NCBI GenBank assembly: GCA_964494885.1
Contig: CAZBTH010000004.1
Span: 6,459 to 70,458 of the forward strand
Direction of reading: 5' to 3'
Source of the DNA: an uncultured Gammaproteobacteria bacterium
Lineage (GTDB): Bacteria; Patescibacteriota; Microgenomatia; UBA8517
DNA: 64,000 nucleotides
Shown here: positions 26,503 to 37,287 of the stretch, piece by piece
How positions within the stretch are numbered: position 1 is the stretch's first letter
Layout of the letters: each line of letters starts with the position of its first letter
The notes under the pieces: model-generated
Told to the model about the DNA's origin: nothing
The model's input: the letters and a program-made list of their open reading frames with translations, nothing else
The model's database searches: none
Made by a program: the position numbers and the translations under genes

Positions 26503-27749
26503 TTAAAGTATTCTGTTTCTATATCTCGCGTCTTAATCATAACTCTTTCTTCCATTGTTAACGCAGATAAAAATTTGGCAGGTGGTACTTTTTTTGCCAT
26601 TGCCAATGCGGCAGCCGCCGACAACACCCTATCTGGAATTTGTAACCCAGTAAATACGACCCTGGTAATATTTTTTTCAGAGCCATAATCACTATAAACG
26701 GTCCCAAAATTAGGATTGGCTTCAAGTTCCTGTTTTTCTTTATCCGTCAGTTTAATAAATACAGAATTTGCCCCAACAGCAAATTCCGATGCAATACCAA
26801 TTCCAGATAAAATTTCTGAAAAGCGTGTAGCCGATCGATTCTCACTTTCTGCCTCGACTTGCCAAAGGTTTGTTGTCAAAAATATGCCGGTAACCAAAGA
26901 TAACGGAGAACCCTTGGAAGAGATATGCCCAAAGGCTTTAGCCTCGTCGTGCAACCTTTTGGCGGCGAATTCATCGGAAATACACACCACCTCGGCAAGT
27001 CCCCCTTTTTTGCTAGTTCCCAGAGTAAAGCCGTCAACTCCGATTTTAGTTAAAATATCTAATCCTTCTCCCCAATTGACAAGCGCATTTGCCAACCTCG
27101 CTCCGTCGATCAAAAAAAGACCCTTCCTGTTTTTAACAATACTGATCAGTTCCTTCACTTGGTCTAATGACGGAACAACGCCTTCGTTCGATGGAATTGC
27201 CATCTGAAAAATGAACTCTCCTTCTAGCGTCCCAACGGTTGCTTCCAAATCTGCCGGGTCAATAATGCCGTTGTTTTTTCTTGAAGGAATTAAAACCAAA
27301 TCTCCTTCTTTGACTCCGGCCTTACGCAACATCTCCCCCTCGAGAACTACTGTATGTTCGGTTTCACAAGCAACCAACTTTAATGCTTCTTTATAATTTC
27401 TGGAATTAACAAAGCTAGCAATTAAATCTAGATTGGCAGCTGTTCCAGTCGGAACGATCACCGCATCCCTTGCTTCTGTCAAGTTAACAATTTCTTTTAC
27501 GACCTGTTGGGTAATTGGATCTTCATCGTAGCCATGCCCTGAATTAATATCTCCCGTTGAGACCTTGGCAAGATATTTATCAAGCACATACCTTGAAAAT
27601 GAACCCAACATCTGCGGTCCAACATATTCAGACAGGTGATTCACACTGACATCGGCACTTGCCAACTTTAAATAACCGTCAAGACAAAATTTCACTTGAT
27701 GAATAACATCTTTGCCGGCTCGACGGAATTCCCCTAATTCATTGGCCAT
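26499..27749 (-). CDS. PLP-dependent threonine-aldolase / beta-eliminating-lyase family enzyme
   Basis: 416 aa; fold-type I aminotransferase layout with probable PLP Lys in GTSKKGG. Confidence 0.6.
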   Translation of the reverse strand: MANELGEFRRAGKDVIHQVKFCLDGYLKLASADVSVNHLSEYVGPQMLGSFSRYVLDKYLAKVSTGDINSGHGYDEDPITQQVVKEIVNLTEARDAVIVPTGTAANLDLIASFVNSRNYKEALKLVACETEHTVVLEGEMLRKAGVKEGDLVLIPSRKNNGIIDPADLEATVGTLEGEFIFQMAIPSNEGVVPSLDQVKELISIVKNRKGLFLIDGARLANALVNWGEGLDILTKIGVDGFTLGTSKKGGLAEVVCISDEFAAKRLHDEAKAFGHISSKGSPLSLVTGIFLTTNLWQVEAESENRSATRFSEILSGIGIASEFAVGANSVFIKLTDKEKQELEANPNFGTVYSDYGSEKNITRVVFTGLQIPDRVLSAAAALAMAKKVPPAKFLSALTMEERVMIKTRDIETEYFK

Positions 27750-27754
27750 AGTAA

Positions 27755-28984
27755 TTATTTATCAAAAGAGTAGAAGATTCTTGGAAAGTTTTTGTTTAGA
27801 GCCAACACTTCATCTTTTACATTCAGTCCTTTCATTGCCCTATCCATAAGATTGGCTATTTGAACCATTTCATTTTCTTTCATTCCCCGACGGGTTATTT
27901 CCTGTGTTCCTACTCTAATAAACCATCTGCCACCACCTAATTCTTCTCCCTCAAAATTGGTAATGATATTGTTATTAATCAAGTTCTTGTACAGATTCAA
28001 ATGATCACCTTTATTGTCTATAAAAACATGTGTTTGATGATTTTCCGAGTACCTACCAGTGTTTGCTTTTCTAACATCATAGCCCAAACTTTCAAAAGCC
28101 CGTCCAATTGCATTTGAGTTGGAAATAACTTGTTCCGCAAAGGCTTGACCAAACTCCTTCATTTCCAATATCGTTGTCGAAAGGGCAATTAGGTGTGTTG
28201 TATGAGGAGTCGAATAAAGTGACCCATCAATTATTGCGTTTGCTTTGTCTGCAAGTTCTTTATCTCTAAAAGCCACCATCCCTTTATGCGGGCCTGGAAG
28301 AGTCTTATGGGTATTTGCACTAATTACATTTGCTCCTTCTTCCAATGGCGATTGGAACCGCTGCCCCATTATTAAACCCATTGTGTGGCTGGCATCATAA
28401 ATAATAATCGGGTCTTCCCCTATTGCTCTTCTAATTTCTCTTAAATTATGAGGATTAAGGTAGTAAGAGACGTCGAGGTAAAGTGCTTTTGCGTTACTTT
28501 CTTTAAATTTATTGGCTATTTTTTCTACGTCAAAACTAAGCGTGCTCATATTAAAATCTGCAAATACATGCTTCCTACCAGTTCTTTCGAGAATTCCCTC
28601 GGTAGCAAAATGCCCTCCGTATTCATGGGGAACCGTCATAACCACATCACCAGGATTTGTTGTCGAAAGGATTGATGACATCATGGCGTGAACCCCGGAA
28701 AGTACATTTAAATTAACATCGGCCGCATGAAGCATGTCTTTCGCAGCTTCTTTTGCCGCAACAATAATATCATTAACACTTTTTAAGCCCAGTCCTACAA
28801 AAGACCCCGCCTCAACTATGCCACTTTCATTTCCTGGACCAAAAAAATAACGTTCGCTCAGCTTTGACCCCAAAAACATCCTGGCCGTTTTTGACATTTG
28901 GTTTTCGTTGGCAGTCAAATGAAGAAATTCTTTGTTTCTTGTTTCCTCTTTTTTAATCTCGTCTAGATAGTTTCCTATATCCAT
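27755..28984 (-). CDS. glyA: serine hydroxymethyltransferase
   Basis: LTANENQMS...LGS...RYF.G and THKTLPGPHKG (cf. SHMT THKTLRGPRGG). Confidence 0.75.
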   Translation of the reverse strand: MDIGNYLDEIKKEETRNKEFLHLTANENQMSKTARMFLGSKLSERYFFGPGNESGIVEAGSFVGLGLKSVNDIIVAAKEAAKDMLHAADVNLNVLSGVHAMMSSILSTTNPGDVVMTVPHEYGGHFATEGILERTGRKHVFADFNMSTLSFDVEKIANKFKESNAKALYLDVSYYLNPHNLREIRRAIGEDPIIIYDASHTMGLIMGQRFQSPLEEGANVISANTHKTLPGPHKGMVAFRDKELADKANAIIDGSLYSTPHTTHLIALSTTILEMKEFGQAFAEQVISNSNAIGRAFESLGYDVRKANTGRYSENHQTHVFIDNKGDHLNLYKNLINNNIITNFEGEELGGGRWFIRVGTQEITRRGMKENEMVQIANLMDRAMKGLNVKDEVLALNKNFPRIFYSFDK

Positions 28985-28989
28985 AACTG

Positions 28990-29922
28990 TTATTTTAATT
29001 CTTTATCCGATTTTTTACTATCCCCCAGTCGCTGAGTAGAACTAATCTTTTGTCCCAAGCTGTTAAACGAGGAAAATAGATTCCCCATCATGTTGTAGGC
29101 GTTGTTCAAGTGTTTTTGGAGAGTTGAAAGATTTTCTTCAACCTTTCCATAATCCGTTTGAATGGCCCGAAGTATCCTAAACACTTCTTTGGATTTTGCT
29201 TCCAAATCTTTTCCCTCAAACGAAAGAAGAAGGACTTGAAGATGTGCATATAGGGTGTTCGGAGAAACCGGATAAACCCGTGATCTACGAGCAAACGTTG
29301 AAAGTTCTGGAATATTCACCGCCTCGTAATAAACCGCCTCGGACGGAATATACATTAAGGCAAAGTCCATTGTCCCCTCATCCGGCAAGATGTATTTACG
29401 ACTTATATCTTCTATATGTTTCTTTACATCGATAATAAATTGTTTCTTGGCAAAATTTCTCTCAACTTCAGTTTCCCCTTTATGCATTAAGTTAAAATTT
29501 TCCATTGGGAATTTTGAGTCGATACACAGTAGGCCCGCGTCGGTTTTTAGTACCGCATCCACTTTTACGCCGCTCTTGAAGGCATATTGGAGATGGAAAG
29601 CATTTTTGGGAAAAGTCTGGCCTATCATCTCTTTCAGAACCTCCTCCCCCAAGCCCCCACGAAGTTTTGGTGATTGCAAAAAATCCTGCAAAGTACGAAT
29701 TCCTTTTCCAATCTCACTCATCTCACCCAAACTTCTTTGCAATTGACTTATTGTGTGGGTGGCACCATCCAACCTTTCGTTAAAAGATTTACTCTGTCCT
29801 TCCATTCGGACATTGGTTGACTTAAGCCACTCAACTATTTCATTTGAAGGTCTCTTGTTTACCGTTAGATATATAAGTACAACAAGCGCTATTAATACTA
29901 TAATGAGTAATGCGAGTTCCAC
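28990..29922 (-). CDS. rmuC: DNA recombination protein RmuC
   Basis: N-terminal TM/coiled-coil then conserved RmuC core (PKLRGGLGEEVLKEMI..., DFALMYIPSEAVYYE). Confidence 0.8.
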   Translation of the reverse strand: MELALLIIVLIALVVLIYLTVNKRPSNEIVEWLKSTNVRMEGQSKSFNERLDGATHTISQLQRSLGEMSEIGKGIRTLQDFLQSPKLRGGLGEEVLKEMIGQTFPKNAFHLQYAFKSGVKVDAVLKTDAGLLCIDSKFPMENFNLMHKGETEVERNFAKKQFIIDVKKHIEDISRKYILPDEGTMDFALMYIPSEAVYYEAVNIPELSTFARRSRVYPVSPNTLYAHLQVLLLSFEGKDLEAKSKEVFRILRAIQTDYGKVEENLSTLQKHLNNAYNMMGNLFSSFNSLGQKISSTQRLGDSKKSDKELK

Positions 29923-30260
29923 GACATAAGTATATCAGGCATACGGAGCAAAAACTAAAGCGTAAAAATTTCTTCCCCACCCTATTGGTCACAATTTTAT
30001 TGTGGCTGGCGACTTTCGGAATCGTTTACTTTATTGACCCCGGAACCTTTGGCGCAACACCGATATTTTTTATAATAGTTTTTTTTACACTTCTTTTTAC
30101 TTTCTCTTTATTATTTGCAAGCTCTCGCCGCGGAATGACTTTCAGCGTTGCCCTCTTACTCTTCCTCTTGCTATCATATTTGGGTGTCGGAAATATTCTG
30201 AATTTGATTTTGATTGTTGCAATTGTGGTTAGTATCGAGCTATATTTCAGCCTTAAATGA
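29910..30260 (+). CDS. small membrane protein
   Basis: 116 aa, 3 TM. Confidence 0.4.
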   Translation: MRVPRHKYIRHTEQKLKRKNFFPTLLVTILLWLATFGIVYFIDPGTFGATPIFFIIVFFTLLFTFSLLFASSRRGMTFSVALLLFLLLSYLGVGNILNLILIVAIVVSIELYFSLK

Positions 30261-30538
30261 ATCACGTTAGAAATCACAATTTCCAATATGTATACGTTTT
30301 AAGAAGCGTGAAGTCGGGTAAATGGTATATTGGTTGTACAAAAGATCTCCGAAAACGTTTCATGGAACACCAAGACAACAAATCAACATACACTAAAGGT
30401 AGAGGGCCTTTTGAACTTATTTATTATGAAGCAAGCCTCAACAAACTCGATGGATTTGCTCGAGAAAAATATCTTAAGACAGGAATGGGAAGAAGGTATT
30501 TAAATAATAGGCTGAAACGTTTTCTATTTCTAACGTGA
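30257..30538 (+). CDS. GIY-YIG nuclease domain protein (UPF0213/YhbQ-like)
   Basis: YVYVL..GKWYIGCT.DL.KR..EH; 93 aa stand-alone domain. Confidence 0.75.
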   Translation: MNHVRNHNFQYVYVLRSVKSGKWYIGCTKDLRKRFMEHQDNKSTYTKGRGPFELIYYEASLNKLDGFAREKYLKTGMGRRYLNNRLKRFLFLT

Positions 30539-30864
30539 TGAACCCCTCCTTGAAACGTCAACTCCTCAAAACATTTGCACAAATGATCGACGACCTGAAG
30601 GATCCAAAAGAAGTGGAAAGCTTCCTGACCGACTTTTTTGATGAGGCGGAGCTCGAAAAATATGTTAAAAGAATTTCAATCGCCTATTGGTTGAAAAAGG
30701 GACGGGACTCGGAAAACATCAAAAGGAATTTATCGGCAACTTCAAAAGAAATAACCGACACTGAAAAATCTTTAAAAAAAGAAGGAATCAAGCTTGCCCT
30801 CAAAAAGATTGAGGCGGAAGAATGGGCAAATCAATGGGTGGAAAAAATTAGAAAGTTCAAATAG
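30535..30864 (+). CDS. small helical protein, possibly TrpR/YerC-like DNA-binding
   Basis: 109 aa, 4-nt overlap with GIY-YIG gene; weak resemblance only. Confidence 0.35.
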   Translation: MMNPSLKRQLLKTFAQMIDDLKDPKEVESFLTDFFDEAELEKYVKRISIAYWLKKGRDSENIKRNLSATSKEITDTEKSLKKEGIKLALKKIEAEEWANQWVEKIRKFK

Positions 30865-30903
30865 TTGAATTGTGTATCCAATAACTGTTAATATCGTACA
30901 ACC

Positions 30904-31260
30904 ATGGAAAAAGTAATCACGACTTTAGAAGTATTCGGTACAGGAAAAACCGAAGCGCCCTTTACCACAGGTTCCAATGTGGTGTCTGATGATTTCCTCA
31001 AAGGAATTGTTGTTGATCACAATTTGGAAATAAATTATTTTGTTTGGAAAAGCGGTATTTATAGCGTAATGGTAACAGACGACGAAATATCTATTAGCCA
31101 TACTGGGAGGAGAGTCCAAACGTTTGACGGACAAGGGATAGGGAGCGAAGCTACTACTTTTGGTTATCTTGACCTAGAGAAAACTTTCATGGAAACTGTA
31201 GATTTAACGACCAGTCTCCAAAGAGTATTACCCAACCATAAAATCAAACCTGAAATATAA
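30904..31260 (+). CDS. hypothetical protein (118 aa)
   Basis: ORF; no motifs. Confidence 0.4.
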   Translation: MEKVITTLEVFGTGKTEAPFTTGSNVVSDDFLKGIVVDHNLEINYFVWKSGIYSVMVTDDEISISHTGRRVQTFDGQGIGSEATTFGYLDLEKTFMETVDLTTSLQRVLPNHKIKPEI

Positions 31261-31300
31261 ATGCTAGCTTCAAACACCCTTCAAGCTGTACAATACGAGT

Positions 31301-32788
31301 ATGGCCAAGAAATACTACATTACGACCACGGCTCCTTACGTAAATAGTGACCCGCACATTGGTTTTGCGTTGGAAATAATCCAGGCAGATGTGCTCGCCC
31401 GCTACCACTCGCAATTGGGAGATGAAGTCTTTTTCAACACAGGAACAGACGAACACGGCAAAAAGATTTACGAAAAGGCGCTTGAGGAAGGAAAAGACCC
31501 CCAAACATATGTCGACGAGTATGCGGCTAAGTTTGATAATTTAAAAAAAGGCTTAAATCTTTCGTATAACAGTTTTTGGCGCTCAACTAACCCCAAACAC
31601 ATTGAGGCAGCACAAGAAATGTGGAAGCGGGTTGATGCGGCCGGGTTTATAGAAAAAGGAATTTATAAAGCAAAATATTGTGTGGGTTGTGAGTTGGAAA
31701 AAACCGATTCTGACCTGGTCGACGGCAAATGTCCGCTCCATCCAAATAAAGAGATCGAGTTGATTGAAGAGGAAAATTATTTCTTTAAGTTTTCAAAACT
31801 TCAGGACAAAATATTAAAGCATTTTGATAGATTTCCGGATTTCGTAGTTCCGGAACACAGACTTAAAGAAATCCGAAATTTTGTTGAAGCCGGTTTGAGC
31901 GACTTCAGCATCAGTAGAATCAAAGAAAAGATGCCTTGGGGGGTCCCGGTTCCCGGAGACGAAAAACAGGTAATGTATGTTTGGTTTGACGCTTTAACAT
32001 ATTATATTTCCGCACTTGGGTGGCCGAATGATGAGGAAAAATTTGAAGAATTTTGGGGAACCAAAGACTCGCCCAACGCCATTCAAGTAGCAGGCAAGGA
32101 CAATCTAAGACAGCAATCTTCTATGTGGCAGACAATGTTGATTGCCGCAGGTCTACCCCCGTCAAGGCAAATATTTATTCATGGATTTATAACCAGTAAC
32201 GGCCAGAAAATGAGTAAATCTTTAGGAAACGTTATCAATCCATTTGATTATGTTGAAAAATATGGGACAGACCCGCTCCGCTATTATTTGTTAGCAAAAA
32301 TAAGTCCTTCAGAAGACAGCGATTTTACCAAAGAAAAATTTGAAGAAACTTACAACGCAGACCTGGCAAACGGATTAGGCAATCTAGTAGCAAGATGTGC
32401 CAAACTTTGCGAAAAGGTGAAAATCTCAGAAACACCGGGGATCAATAAGCTTATAACCGAAGTTTCTTTTATCCAAGGCAAAACGCTTGTGAAAACAAAA
32501 ACTTCATATTCAGACGCAATCGAAAATTACAGATTTGATGAGGCACTTAAGCTGGTTTGGGATGAGATAAAAATAACTGACCAATATATAAACGACTACG
32601 AACCTTGGACTTTAAGTGGAGATGACCTGACGAAAATTATGCAGGTTGCCGTTGATTCGATAAAGATTATAACAACCAAATTAAGACCTTTTCTTCCTGA
32701 GACGTCACAAAAAATAGAAGAACAATTTAAAGGTTTAAAAATAAAATCCGATAAACCATTATTTCCCCGTCTTCCCGTAACACTTTAA
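31301..32788 (+). CDS. metG: methionyl-tRNA synthetase (short form)
   Basis: HIGH-type motif (NSDPHIGFA), Zn knuckle cysteines, KMSKSLGN. Confidence 0.9.
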   Translation: MAKKYYITTTAPYVNSDPHIGFALEIIQADVLARYHSQLGDEVFFNTGTDEHGKKIYEKALEEGKDPQTYVDEYAAKFDNLKKGLNLSYNSFWRSTNPKHIEAAQEMWKRVDAAGFIEKGIYKAKYCVGCELEKTDSDLVDGKCPLHPNKEIELIEEENYFFKFSKLQDKILKHFDRFPDFVVPEHRLKEIRNFVEAGLSDFSISRIKEKMPWGVPVPGDEKQVMYVWFDALTYYISALGWPNDEEKFEEFWGTKDSPNAIQVAGKDNLRQQSSMWQTMLIAAGLPPSRQIFIHGFITSNGQKMSKSLGNVINPFDYVEKYGTDPLRYYLLAKISPSEDSDFTKEKFEETYNADLANGLGNLVARCAKLCEKVKISETPGINKLITEVSFIQGKTLVKTKTSYSDAIENYRFDEALKLVWDEIKITDQYINDYEPWTLSGDDLTKIMQVAVDSIKIITTKLRPFLPETSQKIEEQFKGLKIKSDKPLFPRLPVTL

Positions 32789-32903
32789 TGATCTAGATCA
32801 TTAAAGTGTTGAAATAATAAACTACACAGAATGAGGAACTACACTGAAGAAATGACCGCACAACACCACACCGAACATAGAATGTGGAGCAAGAGAAGGC
32901 AAT

Positions 32904-34394
32904 ATGCGTAACTTTATCATTAAGCACGAAAAAGGCATTTTGAGGGCCTTGGAAATTTTACCCGGGTTTGTCTCCTGGAATCTTATCCTCTTCCCCTACT
33001 GGGGAATTCTGGTTGTCCCCGTTGTCGTTGCCTACTTTATACTTTTTTTCAATATTTATTGGTTTTATCAATCGCTCCAGATCGCAATTTCCTCGATCGT
33101 CTCACACCTTAAAATCCAATCAGCAAAAATTTACGATTGGATGGGAGACGTACGGGGATTTCCCGATTGGGAAAGAGTCAGGCATATTGTAATAATTCCA
33201 ACATATAACGAGCCAATTCGCATTTTGGAAAGGACCCTCAAGTCTCTTTCCGATCAGGAATTTCCGACCAAACACATAATCCCGGTCTTTGCCATGGAAG
33301 GAAAAGAGACGAGGGAATCGCGAAACGCTAAAAGCAAAGAGTTAAAAGCTAAGTTTGGGAAATATTTCGATCATATATTTGTAACCACCCACGAGCTGGA
33401 AATGGGAGAGGTTGCAGGGAAAGCCAGTAACGAAAGATTTGCGGCCATCTGGATCAAGAAAAATTATATTGATCTAAATAATATGGATATTAATTATGTA
33501 ACAATAACCAGTTGCGATGCCGATCATAAGTTTCATCCTAAACATTTTGCAAATTTAACATACAAATTCCTGGACAACCCCAAAAGGTACAAAACTTTTT
33601 GGCAGCCGGCTGTCATGTTTTATAACAATATATGGGAAATTCCGGCAATTACCCGCGTCCCAAACACCTTGATGACAATTTGGAATCTTTCACTCCTCCC
33701 CAGACACGACAGACTTATTAATGCTCAAAATTACTCGCTTTCCTTTAAACTCCTTGATTCTGTGGGCTATTGGGATCCGGATAAAATTCCGGAAGACTGG
33801 GGAATTTTCTTTAAGGCGTTTTATAAGAGCGGTGGCGGAATCGAAGTGGAGCCGATTTATTTACCGCTTATGGCCGATGCGGCCCAGTCTTCTTCTTTTT
33901 GGAAAACCCTGCAAAATCAGTATCAACAAATTCAAAGATGGGCCTGGGGGGTAAGCGACGATCCATGGATTATAAAAAGTTACTTGCTTGCTCGGGACGT
34001 TCCGTTTTGGGACAAAACCACCCGCCTATTTCAGGTGATTTGGGCGCATTTCTTATGGCCCGTTAACTGGTTTATCATCACGATCGGTTTAACTCTTCCA
34101 ACCTTATTGAATCCCGCTTTTGGTAGAACTGCGTTAGGCTACACTGTTCCCAAACTCTCGTCTTTTATTCTTACCGTCTCCCTCATTTTCCTGGTCATCA
34201 TGCTCGTAATCGATAATATTCAAAAACCGGCAAGGCCAAAAGAAGTTTCCGTCTGGAGACAAATTTTTACACCATTTGAATTTATATTAATGCCGATTGC
34301 CGGGTTTTTCTTTTCCGCCCTCCCCGGCATCGATGCACACACCCGCCTAATGCTCGGCAAATACATCGAGTACAGGGTGACAGAGAAAGTGTAG
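32904..34394 (+). CDS. membrane GT2 processive beta-glycosyltransferase (cellulose/chitin-synthase-like)
   Basis: N-terminal TMs, IIPTYNEP, SCDADH (DxD), QRWAWG (QxxRW), C-terminal TM bundle. Confidence 0.8.
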   Translation: MRNFIIKHEKGILRALEILPGFVSWNLILFPYWGILVVPVVVAYFILFFNIYWFYQSLQIAISSIVSHLKIQSAKIYDWMGDVRGFPDWERVRHIVIIPTYNEPIRILERTLKSLSDQEFPTKHIIPVFAMEGKETRESRNAKSKELKAKFGKYFDHIFVTTHELEMGEVAGKASNERFAAIWIKKNYIDLNNMDINYVTITSCDADHKFHPKHFANLTYKFLDNPKRYKTFWQPAVMFYNNIWEIPAITRVPNTLMTIWNLSLLPRHDRLINAQNYSLSFKLLDSVGYWDPDKIPEDWGIFFKAFYKSGGGIEVEPIYLPLMADAAQSSSFWKTLQNQYQQIQRWAWGVSDDPWIIKSYLLARDVPFWDKTTRLFQVIWAHFLWPVNWFIITIGLTLPTLLNPAFGRTALGYTVPKLSSFILTVSLIFLVIMLVIDNIQKPARPKEVSVWRQIFTPFEFILMPIAGFFFSALPGIDAHTRLMLGKYIEYRVTEKV

Positions 34395-34417
34395 CCCCAA
34401 TTTTTAATTTTGAATTA

Positions 34418-35374
34418 TTAATTATTAATTGACTTGTAGTACTCGATCGTTTTTTGAAGACCCTCATCTACTCCAACTACCGGTTTCCAATTTAAAACTC
34501 GTCCGGCTTTAGTTATATCGGGACATCTCTGCATAGGGTCATCTGGCCTAAATTTATTACTAAATACAATTTTTGACTGGGAGCCTGTTAACTCGATAAC
34601 TTTTTTTGCCAATTCCAAAACAGTATATTCTTCGGGATTACCTAAATTAAATATTTCTCCCTTAGTACTATCGCTAAACATTGCTTTTTTGATTCCATCA
34701 ACAAGATCGGTGACATAACCAAAGCTTCTGGTTTGACTTCCATCCCCGTCTATCTTTATGTCTTCATTGTTTATTGCCCAATTAATAAAATTGCTTACAA
34801 CCCGCCCGTCATCTTTTTTCATTTTTGGCCCATATGTGTTAAAAATTCTAACAACCCTTGCATCTAATTTGTATTTATGAAGATAAACGTATGTCGCGGA
34901 TTCGGCAAATCTTTTGCTCTCATCGTAACATGAACGAGGTCCAAAAGAGTTCGAATTCCCCCAATAAGCTTCTTTTTGCGGATGTTCTAGTGGATCACCA
35001 TAAATCTCTGATGTGGAAGCTATCAATATCTTTGCCTTTGATTTTTTGGCTAATTCCAACATATTGATAGTACCCGTAGAATTGACCAAAAGTGTTTCTT
35101 CCGGGTAATTTTGGTAATCAACCGGAGATGCGGGGGAAGCCAGGTGAAATACATAGGAAACACCGCTGAAATGTTGACTGTTAACTGTTGACTGTTGAAT
35201 AACGTCTCCATCAACAAATTCAAAGTTGGGGTTATCTAGAAGGTGTTCTATATTTTTTTTAGATCCTGTTAAGAGATTGTCCAAACATACTACTTTGTAA
35301 TTATTCTCAAGAAGAGAATCGCAAAGATGGGAACCGATGAATCCGGCACCCCCTGTTACCAAAACTTTTTGCAT
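34418..35374 (-). CDS. UDP-glucuronate decarboxylase / UDP-xylose synthase-like SDR epimerase
   Basis: VTGGAGFIGSHL Rossmann motif, YDESKR catalytic YxxxK, overall UXS-like length. Confidence 0.8.
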   Translation of the reverse strand: MQKVLVTGGAGFIGSHLCDSLLENNYKVVCLDNLLTGSKKNIEHLLDNPNFEFVDGDVIQQSTVNSQHFSGVSYVFHLASPASPVDYQNYPEETLLVNSTGTINMLELAKKSKAKILIASTSEIYGDPLEHPQKEAYWGNSNSFGPRSCYDESKRFAESATYVYLHKYKLDARVVRIFNTYGPKMKKDDGRVVSNFINWAINNEDIKIDGDGSQTRSFGYVTDLVDGIKKAMFSDSTKGEIFNLGNPEEYTVLELAKKVIELTGSQSKIVFSNKFRPDDPMQRCPDITKAGRVLNWKPVVGVDEGLQKTIEYYKSINN

Positions 35375-35406
35375 ACAGAAAGATTATAGCTTAATATTAG
35401 ATAGTA

Positions 35407-36903
35407 ATGAAATCTTTTTGGGATAAACTACATAAAATTGGCGACGTGCTGCATCTTCCTAATATTCCTACCTGGCTTTGTGGTTTGTTGTTCTTGGTTT
35501 TAATTCTTAGAATTCCCTCTTTTTTTGAACCCTATTATTATGGCGACGAAATGATATACCTAACGATGGGTCAAGGAGCCCGACAAGGGCTAACGCTATA
35601 TAAAGATGTTCACGACAACAAGCCACCGCTCCTTTATCTAGCCGCCGCCGTTGCGGGTAATTTATTCTGGTTTAAAGTGGCTCTCGCCTTTTGGATGATG
35701 GTTTCCACTGTTTGGTTCTATAGATTGTCAAAAACCCTATTCGAAAAGAATGAGGGAGCACAAAAAATTTCTACAATTATCTTTGCCGCTCTCACCACCC
35801 TTCCGCTTCTTGAGGGCAATACCGTTAACTCCGAACTTTTTATGATTGGTTTCACCATCCTCGCCTTTTTAATGCTTCTAAAAAAAGGGCTTTCAGCCAA
35901 AAGGGTATTTCTTGCCGGGATTCTTTTGGGACTTGGCACACTCTTCAAAATTCCTGCCGCCTTTGATGCTCCGATAATTGTTGTCTACTGGCTGATAACG
36001 GGTGACATTAAAAAGGAATGGAAAGAGATTATCAAAAACACCGTTATTCTTATATTTGGATTTTCCCTTCCCATCATTTTAACTTTTATCTGGTACTATT
36101 TCGCCGGTGCTCTACCCGAATATACAAAAGCTGCTTTTATGCAAAATGTGGGATACCTGAGCAGTTTTAGACCAGGGGACGTACAAAAATCATTCATTGT
36201 CAGAAATGCACCGCTTTTAACCAGAGCATTAATCATTTTAATTGGGTCGGTGGTTATATGGTTATTTAGGAAAAGACTTTCAAAAAAATTCATTTTATTC
36301 GTAATATGGACACTCTTTGCTTTATTCGCTGTAACTCTTTCGGAACGTCCGTATCCCCATTATTTTATACAAGCTGTGGCTCCAATTTCGTTCCTTCTCA
36401 CTATGTTTTTTACTGACAAAAGTATTGAACAATCTCTGGTGGTGATTCCTCTAGTGGTAGCGTTTGCAGTCCCTGTATTTTATAAGTTCTACCTTTACCC
36501 CACCACAAGTTATTACGCACGCTTTATAAATTTCGCAACCCACAAAATAAGTAAGGACCAATATTTTTCCGGATTTTCTTCTACGACAAATAGAAATTAC
36601 AAGATAGCTGTGTTCTTGTCACAATCGAGCCATAAGACCGACCGTGTATTTATATGGGATCCGGATTCGGCTGCGGTCTACGCCCTGGCCGGAAGACTTC
36701 CTCCGGTTAAATATGTAGTTCCTTATCATATAAACGATTTTTCTTCCCGCAGTGAAGTCGCCAGACAAGTTTCGGTTAATCCCCCGAAGTTTATTATTCT
36801 CACATCGGGTAACCCTTACCCGGAACTGATCCCTCTAGTGACTAATAAATATATTCTCATCCAGCAGATAGATGGGGCAAATATATACTCTTATCTACCC
36901 TAG
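35407..36903 (+). CDS. GT-C family membrane glycosyltransferase (GT39/GT83 ArnT-PMT-like)
   Basis: 498 aa, ~11 TM, first periplasmic loop YYYGDEMIY (DE motif), C-terminal soluble domain. Confidence 0.65.
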   Translation: MKSFWDKLHKIGDVLHLPNIPTWLCGLLFLVLILRIPSFFEPYYYGDEMIYLTMGQGARQGLTLYKDVHDNKPPLLYLAAAVAGNLFWFKVALAFWMMVSTVWFYRLSKTLFEKNEGAQKISTIIFAALTTLPLLEGNTVNSELFMIGFTILAFLMLLKKGLSAKRVFLAGILLGLGTLFKIPAAFDAPIIVVYWLITGDIKKEWKEIIKNTVILIFGFSLPIILTFIWYYFAGALPEYTKAAFMQNVGYLSSFRPGDVQKSFIVRNAPLLTRALIILIGSVVIWLFRKRLSKKFILFVIWTLFALFAVTLSERPYPHYFIQAVAPISFLLTMFFTDKSIEQSLVVIPLVVAFAVPVFYKFYLYPTTSYYARFINFATHKISKDQYFSGFSSTTNRNYKIAVFLSQSSHKTDRVFIWDPDSAAVYALAGRLPPVKYVVPYHINDFSSRSEVARQVSVNPPKFIILTSGNPYPELIPLVTNKYILIQQIDGANIYSYLP

Positions 36904-36924
36904 TTGTGTTAAAATCTCCATATC

Positions 36925-37287
36925 ATGTCCACAAAAACGGAAATAACCTCGACGTGGCTCAAGACCCCTTTCAAGGGATTTTTTTATGCATCCTTAGTTC
37001 TTGGTTTTTCTTCGATCGTTTTTATATTGGCGTTTAAAAGCTTTCTTCCTCCAATCGTTCCTCTTTTTTACGGAAGGCCCTTCGGCGAATCACAGTTGGT
37101 ACCTGTTTTATATCTTTTTTTTGCCCCAATCGTTTCAGTTGTCATAACGCTGGCTAATTCCGGGCTTGCCATGCTTACTGAGGATTCATTTTCTAAAAAA
37201 ATTCTGATTTCAGGAGCTTTTCTTCTTTCCTTGTTGATAACAATCACCATCTTGAAAATAATTTTTTTGATTGGCTTTTTTGGATAG
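36925..37287 (+). CDS. small membrane protein
   Basis: 120 aa, 3-4 TM; overlaps next gene start by 17 nt. Confidence 0.4.
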   Translation: MSTKTEITSTWLKTPFKGFFYASLVLGFSSIVFILAFKSFLPPIVPLFYGRPFGESQLVPVLYLFFAPIVSVVITLANSGLAMLTEDSFSKKILISGAFLLSLLITITILKIIFLIGFFG

